NCBI GenBank assembly: GCA_016201795.1
Contig: JACQCF010000020.1
Coordinates: forward strand, 5,651-69,650
DNA: 64,000 nucleotides
DNA from: Candidatus Omnitrophota bacterium
GTDB lineage: Bacteria > Omnitrophota > Gorgyraeia > Zapsychrales > Fredricksoniimonadaceae
Reading direction: 5' to 3'
This document shows positions 21,781 through 31,144 of this stretch, in pieces; within the stretch, counting starts at the first letter, position 1, and every line of letters starts with the position of its first letter. Position numbers and translations under genes: made by a program. The notes under the pieces are model-generated. The model saw only the letters and a list, made by a program, of their open reading frames with translations. It had not been told where the DNA came from and did no database searches.

Positions 21781-23016
21781 ATGATGAATTTAAAAAATAA
21801 AAAAGTCACCGTTATTGGCGCTGCCAGAAGCGGTTTGGCGGTGGCTGATTTAGTTCTTCGATGCGGCGGTATCCCAAAAATTTCGGAATCTAAGCCTCAT
21901 GTCTCCATTCCTTGTGGAATTACCGTCGAGACAGGAGGGCACACCCAAGCATTCATTCAAGACAGTGATTATGTTATCTTAAGCCCGGGGGTACGCATCG
22001 GCAGCCCGCCAGTGCAATGGGCCGAGGATAAAGGCATTGAAGTCATGGGGGAAGTGGAGCTTGCTTTCAGGTTTTGTCCATGCCCCATCGTTGCGGTCAC
22101 CGGCAGTAATGGCAAAACCACCACCTCAACCTTGATCGCTGAAATTTTAAAGAAAGCAGGACGTTCAGTGTGTCTGTGCGGCAATATCGGCAGTCCTTTT
22201 TCCAACTATGTTTTCAATCTTAAACCGACGGATACGGTGGTGCTGGAAATCAGTTCTTTTCAGTTGGAGTCGATGATTCATTTTAAACCCCATGTGGCCC
22301 TTTGGCTTAATTTCAGCCAGAATCATTTGGACCGCCATAAGGATTTGACGAAATATTTCCAGGCCAAGAAAAAAATTTTTGCCAATCAAGACAAAAATGA
22401 TTTTGCCGTCTTAAATTTCGCTCAGGAAGAATTTCACGATTTAGCCAAAGGCTTGAAATCCAAAGTATTGTTTTTCAACGGCCCTGATGTCTGCTCGGAT
22501 ATTACCAATCCGAATGATTTAGCCGCTTTGACGGCTGCCAAGGCTTTAGGGGTGTCTGAAAGTATTAGCCGTCAGGTATTTTTGGAGTTTAAAGGGGTGG
22601 AGCATCGTTTGGAATTAGTCAGGACTTTGCACGGCGTGGATTATATTAATGATTCCAAGTCTACCACTGCCGAGGCCAGCCGATGGGCGCTGGAGCGTAC
22701 ACATAAGCCGATCATTATGATTTGCGGCGGCCGTCATAAACAGATTGATCTTTCTGTGCTCAAAGGTTTGGTTGGCCGCAAGGTCAAACAAATGATCGCC
22801 ATCGGGGAGGCCAAAGATCTTATACAACAAACCTTCAAGGATGTAGTGCCGGTGGCCACATGTTCATCGTTTAAGGAGGCTATTAAAGCCGCGCAGCAAA
22901 AAGCCCAAGAAGGCGACGCGGTGGTACTATCTCCCATGTGCGCCAGCTTTGATATGTTTAACGATTATGAACATCGAGGGAAAGTTTTTAAAGAAATCGT
23001 GAAGGATCTCAAGTGA
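21781..23016 (+). CDS. murD: UDP-MurNAc-L-Ala--D-Glu ligase
   Basis: SPG, VTGSNGKTT, LEISSFQL, HLDRH, HRLE, NDSKST, SPMCASFDMF. Confidence 0.96.
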   Translation: MMNLKNKKVTVIGAARSGLAVADLVLRCGGIPKISESKPHVSIPCGITVETGGHTQAFIQDSDYVILSPGVRIGSPPVQWAEDKGIEVMGEVELAFRFCPCPIVAVTGSNGKTTTSTLIAEILKKAGRSVCLCGNIGSPFSNYVFNLKPTDTVVLEISSFQLESMIHFKPHVALWLNFSQNHLDRHKDLTKYFQAKKKIFANQDKNDFAVLNFAQEEFHDLAKGLKSKVLFFNGPDVCSDITNPNDLAALTAAKALGVSESISRQVFLEFKGVEHRLELVRTLHGVDYINDSKSTTAEASRWALERTHKPIIMICGGRHKQIDLSVLKGLVGRKVKQMIAIGEAKDLIQQTFKDVVPVATCSSFKEAIKAAQQKAQEGDAVVLSPMCASFDMFNDYEHRGKVFKEIVKDLK

Positions 23017-23020
23017 ACAT

Positions 23021-24115
23021 ATGAAAGAAACCCGGGTTAATTTAACTGTCATTGTTTCGGCTTTAATCTGTATTGGGATTGTGATGATCTATAGCGCCAG
23101 CTGTGTCAATGCGCTGCAGAATTATCAGGATAGCTTGTATTACCTCAAACGCCATTTGCTGTTTTTGGTCATGGGTTTGGCGGCCTGCGTGTGGGTGATG
23201 AGCATGGATTACCGTCAAATTCAGCCGCATGCGCGCCTTCTTTTAGGGATAAGTCTTTTTCTTTTGGTTTTGGTGCTCATTCCGCATATTGGCAAAGAAA
23301 GTTATGGGGCTCGCCGCTGGTTTAAATTAGGTGTTTTTCATTTTCAGCCCTCGGAGCTGGCCAAATTAGCGGTGATCATTTACACGGCGGACTTTTTAAG
23401 CCGCAAACAACAGCTGATCCGTGATTTTAAGCAGGGATTCTTGCCGCCGATTTTAGTCATGGGGGTCGTTTGTTTATTAACGGTCAAACAGCCGGATTTG
23501 GGGACCACGGTTGAGATGGCGGTCGTGGTCTTGGGGCTCATGTTGATTGCCGGAGCCCGTCTTTGGCATTTGGCCGCTATCACTGCGGCGGCTATACCCC
23601 TCGTGGTTTATTTAGTAGCTAAAGAACCTTACCGCATGGCGCGCATCATTGCGTTTTTAGATCCATGGCAGGACAGCCAGGGCATAGGTTTTCAGCTGAC
23701 CCAGTCGCAAATTGCGCTCGGCTCCGGTGGAATTTTTGGTGTCGGCTTGGGACACAGCCAGCAGAAATTATTTTATTTGCCGGCGGCGCACACGGACTTT
23801 ATTCTTTCGATTATCGGCGAAGAATTGGGATTGGCGGGAGCTTTGGCGGTTATCGTGCTGTTCGTGTTGTTTATCTGGACGGGTATTCGTTTGATCCGTC
23901 AGACGCATGAAAGTTTTGGATATTTCTTGAGCATCGGCATTATTTTAATGCTGGGGCTGCAAGCCATGGTCAATGTGGGGGTCAGTATCGGTGCTTTTCC
24001 GACCAAGGGGTTGCCGCTGCCGTTTATCAGCTACGGCGGCTCTGCTCTTATTTTTCATTTGGTGGCCATTGGCCTGCTTTTAAACGTCTCTAAGACGCAG
24101 GACCAGAAATTTTAG
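23021..24115 (+). CDS. ftsW: SEDS peptidoglycan polymerase FtsW
   Basis: GARRW, QPSELAK, QPDLGT, YLPAAHTDFI, PTKGLPLPFISYGGS. Confidence 0.96.
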   Translation: MKETRVNLTVIVSALICIGIVMIYSASCVNALQNYQDSLYYLKRHLLFLVMGLAACVWVMSMDYRQIQPHARLLLGISLFLLVLVLIPHIGKESYGARRWFKLGVFHFQPSELAKLAVIIYTADFLSRKQQLIRDFKQGFLPPILVMGVVCLLTVKQPDLGTTVEMAVVVLGLMLIAGARLWHLAAITAAAIPLVVYLVAKEPYRMARIIAFLDPWQDSQGIGFQLTQSQIALGSGGIFGVGLGHSQQKLFYLPAAHTDFILSIIGEELGLAGALAVIVLFVLFIWTGIRLIRQTHESFGYFLSIGIILMLGLQAMVNVGVSIGAFPTKGLPLPFISYGGSALIFHLVAIGLLLNVSKTQDQKF

Positions 24116-24123
24116 GATATGCG

Positions 24124-25173
24124 ATGAGGATTGTTATTGCCACTGGCGGAACAGGGGGGCATATTTTTCCAGCTCTACAGACGGCCTGTGTTTTAAGAGA
24201 CCGCGGCCATGAAGTGATTTTTGCCGGCGTCCTAGCCTTAAGTGAAGAAAAAGTTAAGGCGCAGGGGTTTAAAACTATAGTGATCAAGGCGCGTGGATTG
24301 ACCAATCGATCTTTGACCGGTTTACTTCAGTTTAGCTTTTTCATGTTGCAAGCCATAGGTAGCGCCATCCAAGCGCTTGGGCAAACGCAGCCTGATAAAG
24401 TCATTGGCTTTGGCGGTTATGGGTCCTTTGCGGTTGTTTTGGCCGCGCGCCTGCTTCATATACCGACGATGATCCACGAGCAAAATATGGTACCTGGCAA
24501 AGCCAATCGTCTTTTGGCGAAGGTGGTCAAAAAGGTGGCGATCAGTTTCCTTGAAACTCAAAACTATCTTAATCCCCATAAGATCGTCTTGACAGGGTGC
24601 CCTTGCCATCAACAGAGGTCTTTAGAGAGCAGAGAGAATTTACTTCAAAAGTTTTCGCTAGAGGCCGATCGTGCGACCATCTTGCTCTTAGGGGGCAGTC
24701 AAGGAAGTCAAAAACTCAATGAGGTGTTCTTCGCCATGATGTCGAGCGGGGGGCAACACAGACCGGTGCAGGCGATTCATATGACAGGAGCTAAAGAGTA
24801 TTTACTTTACACGACGAAATATCAAAACAGTTCTTTGCCGGTGAAAGTTTTTGAATTTATAAGTCCCATTGAAGAAGCGTATGCGATTGCTGATGTGGTC
24901 ATTGCCCGCGCCGGGGCAGCCACCGTCTGGGAATTGGGATTTTTTGCGAAACCTTCCATTTTAGTGCCGTATCCTTTGGCTGATGGGCATCAAAAATATA
25001 ATGCGCAACTTCTCGTGCGAGGGGGATTGGCTCAAATGATTGAACAGAAAGATTTGACCGCGGATATTTTAAAAAAGGCGGTGCAATCTTTGTTGGAGAC
25101 GAAATTCGACCGTCAAGCGCTTTTCAGCAATCATCCGGACCAGGAATTGGCGCTGGCCGTGGAGAACCTATGA
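24124..25173 (+). CDS. murG: Lipid II GlcNAc transferase
   Basis: GGTGGHIFPA, GFGGY, HEQN, GGSQG, RAGA, HQKYNA. Confidence 0.97.
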   Translation: MRIVIATGGTGGHIFPALQTACVLRDRGHEVIFAGVLALSEEKVKAQGFKTIVIKARGLTNRSLTGLLQFSFFMLQAIGSAIQALGQTQPDKVIGFGGYGSFAVVLAARLLHIPTMIHEQNMVPGKANRLLAKVVKKVAISFLETQNYLNPHKIVLTGCPCHQQRSLESRENLLQKFSLEADRATILLLGGSQGSQKLNEVFFAMMSSGGQHRPVQAIHMTGAKEYLLYTTKYQNSSLPVKVFEFISPIEEAYAIADVVIARAGAATVWELGFFAKPSILVPYPLADGHQKYNAQLLVRGGLAQMIEQKDLTADILKKAVQSLLETKFDRQALFSNHPDQELALAVENL

Positions 25174-25967
25174 ACCGTGCCCTTCAAGTTTTCGTGTTGG
25201 TGAGCCTGTGGTTGGCTGTACAGACTTTTCATGCCCGGGCTGCCAAAGAGTGGGAAATGATTAAAGGGGATAATTTTATTGTGTATTATCGGCCTTCTGA
25301 TGTGCCCGAAGATTTCGCCAGGACGGTCATGGATTCGGCCCAAGAAGAATTCGGGAATGTGACGACGAATTTAGGGATTACACGTTATCAAGGATGGAGT
25401 GGGGATAAGCGCGCTTCGATTTATATTTACAGGGACGAAAATGATTATGTGCAAAACGGCGGCCAGGCAGGCTGGTCGCATGGGGCGGCGCTGGTACAAA
25501 CCAAAATGATCAAGACTTACCCATCGGATGCAGGATTTTTTGATTCGCTTTTGCCGCATGAGCTGGGGCATATCATTCTTCATGAATACGTTGGGCCTTA
25601 CGCTGATGTCCCTTTGTGGTTCGATGAAGGGGTGGCTATGTATCAGGAAAAAGCCAAGCGTCTGGGCACTAATAAGATTGTTCAAGAGGCCTTAGCAAAT
25701 GGTCAATTTATTCCTTTATCAGAGCTGACAGTTATGCGATTATATAACAATTCCGATCAAAAGACGGTAGAGCTTTTTTATGCGGAATCGGCCAGCATCG
25801 TCAATTTTATGATCACCCAGTTGGGAGAAAGTCATTTTTATAAACTCTGTCACGAATTAAAAGAGCATACGCCTTTGGTGGATGCTTTGCCTAAGATTTA
25901 TATGCATATCCAAGATTTGGATGATTTGAATAAAAGGTGGGTGAATTATTTAAAGGATCGCTCATGA
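25170..25967 (+). CDS. Secreted gluzincin/peptidase MA-like metallopeptidase
   Basis: Signal peptide; HELGH followed by PLWFDEGVA (third-ligand Glu) and a downstream Y-x-E-S. Confidence 0.8.
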   Translation: MNRALQVFVLVSLWLAVQTFHARAAKEWEMIKGDNFIVYYRPSDVPEDFARTVMDSAQEEFGNVTTNLGITRYQGWSGDKRASIYIYRDENDYVQNGGQAGWSHGAALVQTKMIKTYPSDAGFFDSLLPHELGHIILHEYVGPYADVPLWFDEGVAMYQEKAKRLGTNKIVQEALANGQFIPLSELTVMRLYNNSDQKTVELFYAESASIVNFMITQLGESHFYKLCHELKEHTPLVDALPKIYMHIQDLDDLNKRWVNYLKDRS

Positions 25968-27340
25968 AGAGCAAGCATTATCATTTTATTGGCATCGGCG
26001 GTATGGGGATGGGGACGCTGGCATTATTATTGTTAGCCAAAGGGCATAAGATCAGCGGTTCAGATCTTAAAGACAATGAACTGATAGCTCAACTGTGCAA
26101 AAACGGGGCGACGGTCGCCATGGGCCATCAAGCCAGTAATATTCAAAATCCTGATTATGTGGTTTATTCTTCGGCGATTCCTATAAACAATCCCGAAAGG
26201 ATTGAATCAGTCAGCCGTCAATTATCTTTGCTTAAACGTGCTCAAGTGTTAGCCCAACTGGTCAATGAACAGGTCGGTATCACCATTGCCGGCGCGCACG
26301 GCAAAACCACGACGACCTCGATGGTCTCGTATCTTTTGCTCAATGCTGGACTTAAACCTACCACCGCCATCGGGGGCATCATTAACGGTCATACCTACAA
26401 TGCGCATTTGGGGGAAGGTAAATATTTCGTGGCGGAGACGGATGAAAGCGACGGCACGTTCTTGTATTTTCGCCCCCGGTATTCGATTATCACCAATATT
26501 GATTTTGAGCATGTGGATTTTTATAAAGATTGGCAGGGAATTTTAGAAGCTTATCGTAAATTTATTAACTGTACCGTTGAAGGCGGGTGCGTGATTGCCT
26601 GCAGCGAAGACCAACGGCTTAAAATTCTGGTGAAAGAATCTAAAAAGCAGGCCGTCTTTTACGGATTCGATCACACTTGCGATGTGTGGGCCAAAAATAT
26701 TATCACGGATGGTTTTCATTCGCAGTTCGAGTGCCATACAAAGACGGCCAAGCTGGCTGATTTCGAATTGATGGTACCGGGCCGCCACAACGTGCTTAAT
26801 GCCTTAGCGTGCATTGCTTTAGGTCTACAGCTGGGTGTTTCTGTTGAGATGATGCAAAAGACGCTCAAAGAGTTTAGCGGTGTCAAGCGCCGGTTTCAAC
26901 TTAAATGCCAGATGGAGGATATTATGGTCGTCGATGATTACGGACATCATCCGACAGAAATTGTCGCTACCCTCCAAGCGGCGAGGCTGTTTCATAAAAA
27001 ACGTTTGGTGACGGTTTTTCAACCTCACCGGTATTCCCGTACCAAATTTTTGCTGAATGAATTTGCCCACAGCCTGGCCCTTACCGACTGGTTAATCATT
27101 ACGGATATTTACGCGGCCAGTGAAAAGCCCTCTGCAGGGGTGGGGATTAAAACTTTACTAGAGACCTTGCAGAAGGCCATGGGCAACCGGGTTGTTTATT
27201 TAAAGAAAGAAGAGATCTTAAATCACCTGGCTGATTTTGTACAAAACGGGGACTTAGTTTTATTTTTAGGAGCAGGAGACATTTATCATTGTTGCGATGA
27301 GCTGGTTAATATTCTAAATAAAAAGAAAGTGATGGTATGA
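25964..27340 (+). CDS. murC: UDP-MurNAc--L-Ala ligase
   Basis: HFIGIGGMGM, AGAHGKTTTT, ETDESD, GVKRRF, DDYGHHPTE, FQPHRYSRT. Confidence 0.97.
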   Translation: MKSKHYHFIGIGGMGMGTLALLLLAKGHKISGSDLKDNELIAQLCKNGATVAMGHQASNIQNPDYVVYSSAIPINNPERIESVSRQLSLLKRAQVLAQLVNEQVGITIAGAHGKTTTTSMVSYLLLNAGLKPTTAIGGIINGHTYNAHLGEGKYFVAETDESDGTFLYFRPRYSIITNIDFEHVDFYKDWQGILEAYRKFINCTVEGGCVIACSEDQRLKILVKESKKQAVFYGFDHTCDVWAKNIITDGFHSQFECHTKTAKLADFELMVPGRHNVLNALACIALGLQLGVSVEMMQKTLKEFSGVKRRFQLKCQMEDIMVVDDYGHHPTEIVATLQAARLFHKKRLVTVFQPHRYSRTKFLLNEFAHSLALTDWLIITDIYAASEKPSAGVGIKTLLETLQKAMGNRVVYLKKEEILNHLADFVQNGDLVLFLGAGDIYHCCDELVNILNKKKVMV

Positions 27341-28290
27341 GTTCGTCGGGTTTTGGCAACATTGGTGTTTTGATGGGTGGATGTTCTTCCGAGAGAGAGA
27401 TTTCTTTGCGCTCCGGATCCGCGGTGGCGCAAGCTTTAGCCGCCGCCGGTTACGCTGTCCAAACCATTGATATCACCACCAATGACCGGCTCAAAATCAT
27501 CGCAATGATTAAGCATAGAGGAATTGAGGCGGCCTTCCTTGCCTTGCATGGCCGTCTGGGGGAAGACGGTGTGATCCAATCGATTTTAGAAGAGATTGAT
27601 ATTCCTTATACGGGTTCAGGGCCCGCGGCCAGTCAAAAAGCGTTTAATAAAGTTACGGCCCAGACGGCTTTTCAAAATGCGGGCCTTGCTGTGCCGGAAA
27701 ATTTTTTTATTACCGACGGAGAAGAGGTGAGTTTTAAAAATGTTTTTGGCGTGCTTAAAAGATTGCCCTTGGTGGTCAAGGCTGCCTGTGAGGGCTCCAG
27801 CATTGGCGTTTATATGGTCCGTCATCCCTCGCAGTGGGAAGCCACCCTTAAAGACGCTTTGGCTTTCGGCTCCTATGTGATTGTGGAAAAATTTATCAAA
27901 GGCCGGGAAGTGACAGCCGGCATTTTTGACGGCGAGGCCCTGCCTTTGGTAGAAATTATCACCCAGAGCCCATTTTTCGATTTTAACGCGAAGTATCAAA
28001 AAGGTTTGACGGATTATGTGGTGCCTGCCCCATTGCCGCAAGAGTTAACCCAAAAGATTCAGTCTATGGCACTTTCGGCCTATGATGTTTTAGGCTGTGA
28101 AGGGTTTGCGCGGGTGGATATCCGTATCGATGAATCCGGCCAGCCGTATATTTTAGAGCTCAATACGATTCCGGGATTTACGGAAACCAGTTTGTTTCCT
28201 AAAGCCGCGGCGAAGGTCGGCTACAGTTTTTTGCAAGTGTGCGAGAAATTATTAGATTTAGCCTATGGCCCCTCGTCCTTAGCAAAATAG
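27337..28290 (+). CDS. ddl: D-alanine--D-alanine ligase
   Basis: GGCSSEREISL, LHGRLGEDG, EGSSIG, DFNAKY, ELNTIPG. Confidence 0.97.
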   Translation: MSSSGFGNIGVLMGGCSSEREISLRSGSAVAQALAAAGYAVQTIDITTNDRLKIIAMIKHRGIEAAFLALHGRLGEDGVIQSILEEIDIPYTGSGPAASQKAFNKVTAQTAFQNAGLAVPENFFITDGEEVSFKNVFGVLKRLPLVVKAACEGSSIGVYMVRHPSQWEATLKDALAFGSYVIVEKFIKGREVTAGIFDGEALPLVEIITQSPFFDFNAKYQKGLTDYVVPAPLPQELTQKIQSMALSAYDVLGCEGFARVDIRIDESGQPYILELNTIPGFTETSLFPKAAAKVGYSFLQVCEKLLDLAYGPSSLAK

Positions 28291-28349
28291 TGCGCAAGGG
28301 ACTCGGGACTATGGTGAGGATGTGATTAATTTTTTTAAGTTGACGAACC

Positions 28350-29120
28350 ATGGCAAAAAAGTCCAGCGTTAAAATTCCAGCCATTGTGATCATTCGTTTG
28401 ATTGTTTTTCTTTTGATCGGTTGTATTTTCTTTTGGATTTACAGCCGTGCAGCGGATTTTTTAACCGGCGCTCCTTTGTTTGATGTCAAACAGGTGCTGG
28501 TGGATCAATCGATTAGTTTCATTGACCACCGGCCTTTAAAAGCGCTCAAAGGTCAAAATATTTTTAGCGTCGATCTAGCCAAACTTCATCGTCATATTGC
28601 CGCCGAGTATCCTCAAATCGCCATGCTCAGAATTGTGCGTCAATTGCCAGATACGATTAAGGTATTGGCCAAAAAAAGAGATATTCTCCTGCAGGTTCAG
28701 GTCCACGGCAAATATTTAGTGGTGGATACCGAAGGCGTGAGTATGTTCTATACATCTCAAGCTTTGGCGTTTCCTGTGGTACGGGGAGTGCCCTTTGAAA
28801 GAAATAAGGTGGTTTTGGGTGTGGCCTCTTCCATTAAAGAATTAAATCTGGTGGTAGAACTTTTCGGGCAGTTAAAATTGTATCCACATACCAGGCAGCT
28901 TAAAGTCATCATGGTGGAAGCAGGGAATGTCTCGAAAATAGAGTTGACGGTTATGCCCCATGTGCAGATTATCATTGACCAGGAGGATTTAGCCGCCAAA
29001 ATCAACATGTTAGAACTCCTTTTACAAAAGGGTAAAATCAATTGGAGTCAGATTAAATACATCGATGTTCGTTTTAAAGAACCTATCATCAGTGAAAATA
29101 ATCCCAAGGAAAAACAGTAA
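28350..29120 (+). CDS. ftsQ: Cell division protein FtsQ/DivIB
   Basis: N-terminal TM, POTRA-like segment (GQNIFSVDL...RQLPDTI), C-terminal YIDVRF. Confidence 0.85.
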   Translation: MAKKSSVKIPAIVIIRLIVFLLIGCIFFWIYSRAADFLTGAPLFDVKQVLVDQSISFIDHRPLKALKGQNIFSVDLAKLHRHIAAEYPQIAMLRIVRQLPDTIKVLAKKRDILLQVQVHGKYLVVDTEGVSMFYTSQALAFPVVRGVPFERNKVVLGVASSIKELNLVVELFGQLKLYPHTRQLKVIMVEAGNVSKIELTVMPHVQIIIDQEDLAAKINMLELLLQKGKINWSQIKYIDVRFKEPIISENNPKEKQ

Positions 29121-29128
29121 GGTCCGAT

Positions 29129-30361
29129 ATGTTTAAGAAGATGGCGCGCAGTCAATATTTTTGTGGGCTGGACTTAGGCTCGCAGACGATCAAAGCGGCG
29201 TTGGTCAGAGCCCAGGATGAAAATAACTTGGAATTGTTAGGCGTATTCGAATCACCGGCGATTGGACTCAAAGAAGCCTCTATCAGCGATTTGACGGAGC
29301 TGTCCCAAACCATTGCACGGACCATGAAAGGTGTTTGCCAGAGGGTAGCGGTTAAACCAACAGGAGTTCATTTAGGCATCAGTGCCGATTTATTGGCATT
29401 CCGCCGATCGTCGGCGGTGATTCCTCTGGTAGATACCGGCACTAAAATCATTGCTCCTTCGGATCTTCAGAAGGTTAATCATCAGGCCAGGCTCCTGGGG
29501 GCAGGTATCGACGAGGAGATCGTGCACAGTTTTGAACAGTCCTATAAAGTCGATGATGTCAATGTGGCTCTCAATCCACAGGGGCTTTATGGACGTAAAT
29601 TAGAATCCCATTTTTTGCTTTTAACCGCCAATAGCGGGCGTTTACGCAATATGACCAAGGCTGTTCATCAGGCTGGTTTCGACGTACACCGTGTCTCGCT
29701 TTCAAGTTTTGCCGCCAGTCAGGTGGCTTTAGATGAATCTTTAAAGAAAGAAGGCTGCGCGCTTATTGATATCGGCGCTCACATGAGCAGTGTTTTGTTT
29801 TTTAAAAACGGTGTTTTGGGGGATATTCAATTCATTCACTGGGGCGGACATTTCGTGACTCAAAGTATTGCCGACCGCTTGAGTTTAACCATTGATTTAG
29901 CCGAAGAAATCAAAAAGACGCATGCGGTGGCTGCCAAATTAACGGTTCAGGAATCCTCGGGGGACATTTTAGTCAAACGGGAAAAAGGTTATGTTCCCAT
30001 CCGGCGTCAAAGCGTGTGTGAGGCGGTGGAGTGGGAAATTGAAAATTTGCTGACGCATCTGGAAACTGTTTTGAAAGGCTCGCCGCTCTATCATCAGCTC
30101 AATAAAGGAGTGGTGATTGTCGGCGGAACAGCCCTGTTGCCGGCGTTGATGGAGCGTATTGAGGAGAGGACAAATCTGGCGGTAAGCCTTGGGATTGCCA
30201 CCAAAGGTCTGCAGAATCCTTCCATTTTTGCCGGCGCCATCGGTTTGGCGCAGATGAATTATGCGCAGAAAAAAAGCGAAACATTCAATGTGTACACTAC
30301 CAAACATTGGGCGCAAAGAATTTGGGGCAGGTTTGAGGAATTATGCCAGGAATATTTCTAA
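29129..30361 (+). CDS. ftsA: Cell division protein FtsA
   Basis: GLDLGSQTIK, LIDIGA, GGHFVT, AEEIKK, VIVGG; follows ftsQ. Confidence 0.9.
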   Translation: MFKKMARSQYFCGLDLGSQTIKAALVRAQDENNLELLGVFESPAIGLKEASISDLTELSQTIARTMKGVCQRVAVKPTGVHLGISADLLAFRRSSAVIPLVDTGTKIIAPSDLQKVNHQARLLGAGIDEEIVHSFEQSYKVDDVNVALNPQGLYGRKLESHFLLLTANSGRLRNMTKAVHQAGFDVHRVSLSSFAASQVALDESLKKEGCALIDIGAHMSSVLFFKNGVLGDIQFIHWGGHFVTQSIADRLSLTIDLAEEIKKTHAVAAKLTVQESSGDILVKREKGYVPIRRQSVCEAVEWEIENLLTHLETVLKGSPLYHQLNKGVVIVGGTALLPALMERIEERTNLAVSLGIATKGLQNPSIFAGAIGLAQMNYAQKKSETFNVYTTKHWAQRIWGRFEELCQEYF

Positions 30362-30724
30362 TCAGGCGTCTTTCTGACGCTGATCATTACGGCGGTGGCT
30401 TAAATTAAAATCGATATTCTTAAGAACGCTGCGTAACCTCAAGAGGCTGCTGAAAATATATAGAATCCAGAACGAGTTAAACAAAAGAAGAATCACAATG
30501 AGCAGAGAATTGACCGATTGTGCCATTAAAAGTTTTTCTAAGACAGTGCTTTTTTGAACATCGATGGTGACATCGATAATTTTAAGAGCATTAATGAAAG
30601 CAACAACGAAGATGGCCACCAGGATGATTTCAAAAAAGAGCATGTAGAAATGACGGACAATCCATTGCGCCGAGCGGTTGTCCCATTGACGAATTTTGTT
30701 CATGAAATCATTAAATGCCATCAC
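30362..30724 (-). CDS. Hypothetical membrane protein (2 TM)
   Basis: ATG preceded by GGAG RBS; two hydrophobic helices; convergent with ftsA. Confidence 0.7.
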   Translation of the reverse strand: MMAFNDFMNKIRQWDNRSAQWIVRHFYMLFFEIILVAIFVVAFINALKIIDVTIDVQKSTVLEKLLMAQSVNSLLIVILLLFNSFWILYIFSSLLRLRSVLKNIDFNLSHRRNDQRQKDA

Positions 30725-30897
30725 CAGGCTCCTTCAGCAGGTTTTGCGGGGCTAATTTTTTCAATTTCATTGTATAACCCTTTAATAGTGGAGCAATAAG
30801 AATTTTGGAATTTTTTTATTTGTGCGCCTGCCCCTCGCCTTAGGGCTCGGGACACGGCTTGAATTTTTTCTGATGTTATTTTTATAAGGAAAATTCT

Positions 30898-30971
30898 GCG
30901 CCTGTAGCTCAATTGGATAGAGCACTAGTCTTCGGAACTAGGTGTTGGGGGTTCAAGTCCCTCCAGGCGCG
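30898..30971 (+). tRNA. tRNA-Arg (anticodon TCG), CCA not encoded
   Basis: Acceptor GCGCCTG/CAGGCGC, D-loop AATTGGATA, anticodon arm CTAGT-CTTCGGA-ACTAG, T-arm GGGGG-TTCAAGT-CCCTC. Confidence 0.95.
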
Positions 30972-31072
30972 TTAATGAGCACATGATTTATGGAGGTATG
31001 CCGACATAAATCATAAGTGCGAATTAACCCCGCAACATCCTGCTTATCGGCAGGCGGGTTTTGCGGGGTTAA
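30972..31072. repeat. Two TTAA-bounded hairpins in tandem (second may double as the tRNA terminator)
   Basis: TTAA at 30972, 31024 and 31069; atgatttatg/cataaatcat stem; ttaaccccgcaa...ttgcggggttaa stem enclosing cctgcttatcggcagg. Confidence 0.7.
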
Positions 31073-31144
31073 TATTTTTTTCACTTTACTTTAAAATAAG
31101 TTTTGGCTATAGTTTTTCACAGTGTAGGAAAGAATTTTCTTGTC

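Noticed and set aside
27337-28290. D-Ala-D-Lac (vancomycin-resistance type) ligase
   Set aside because: The omega-loop KY tyrosine is retained (DFNAKY) and the gene lies in the dcw cluster; ordinary Ddl.
30980-31140. Glycine riboswitch upstream of gcvT
   Set aside because: No GGAGA...CCGAAG...CTCTCAGG core is seen; the hairpins are explained by the TTAA-bounded repeats and the tRNA terminator.
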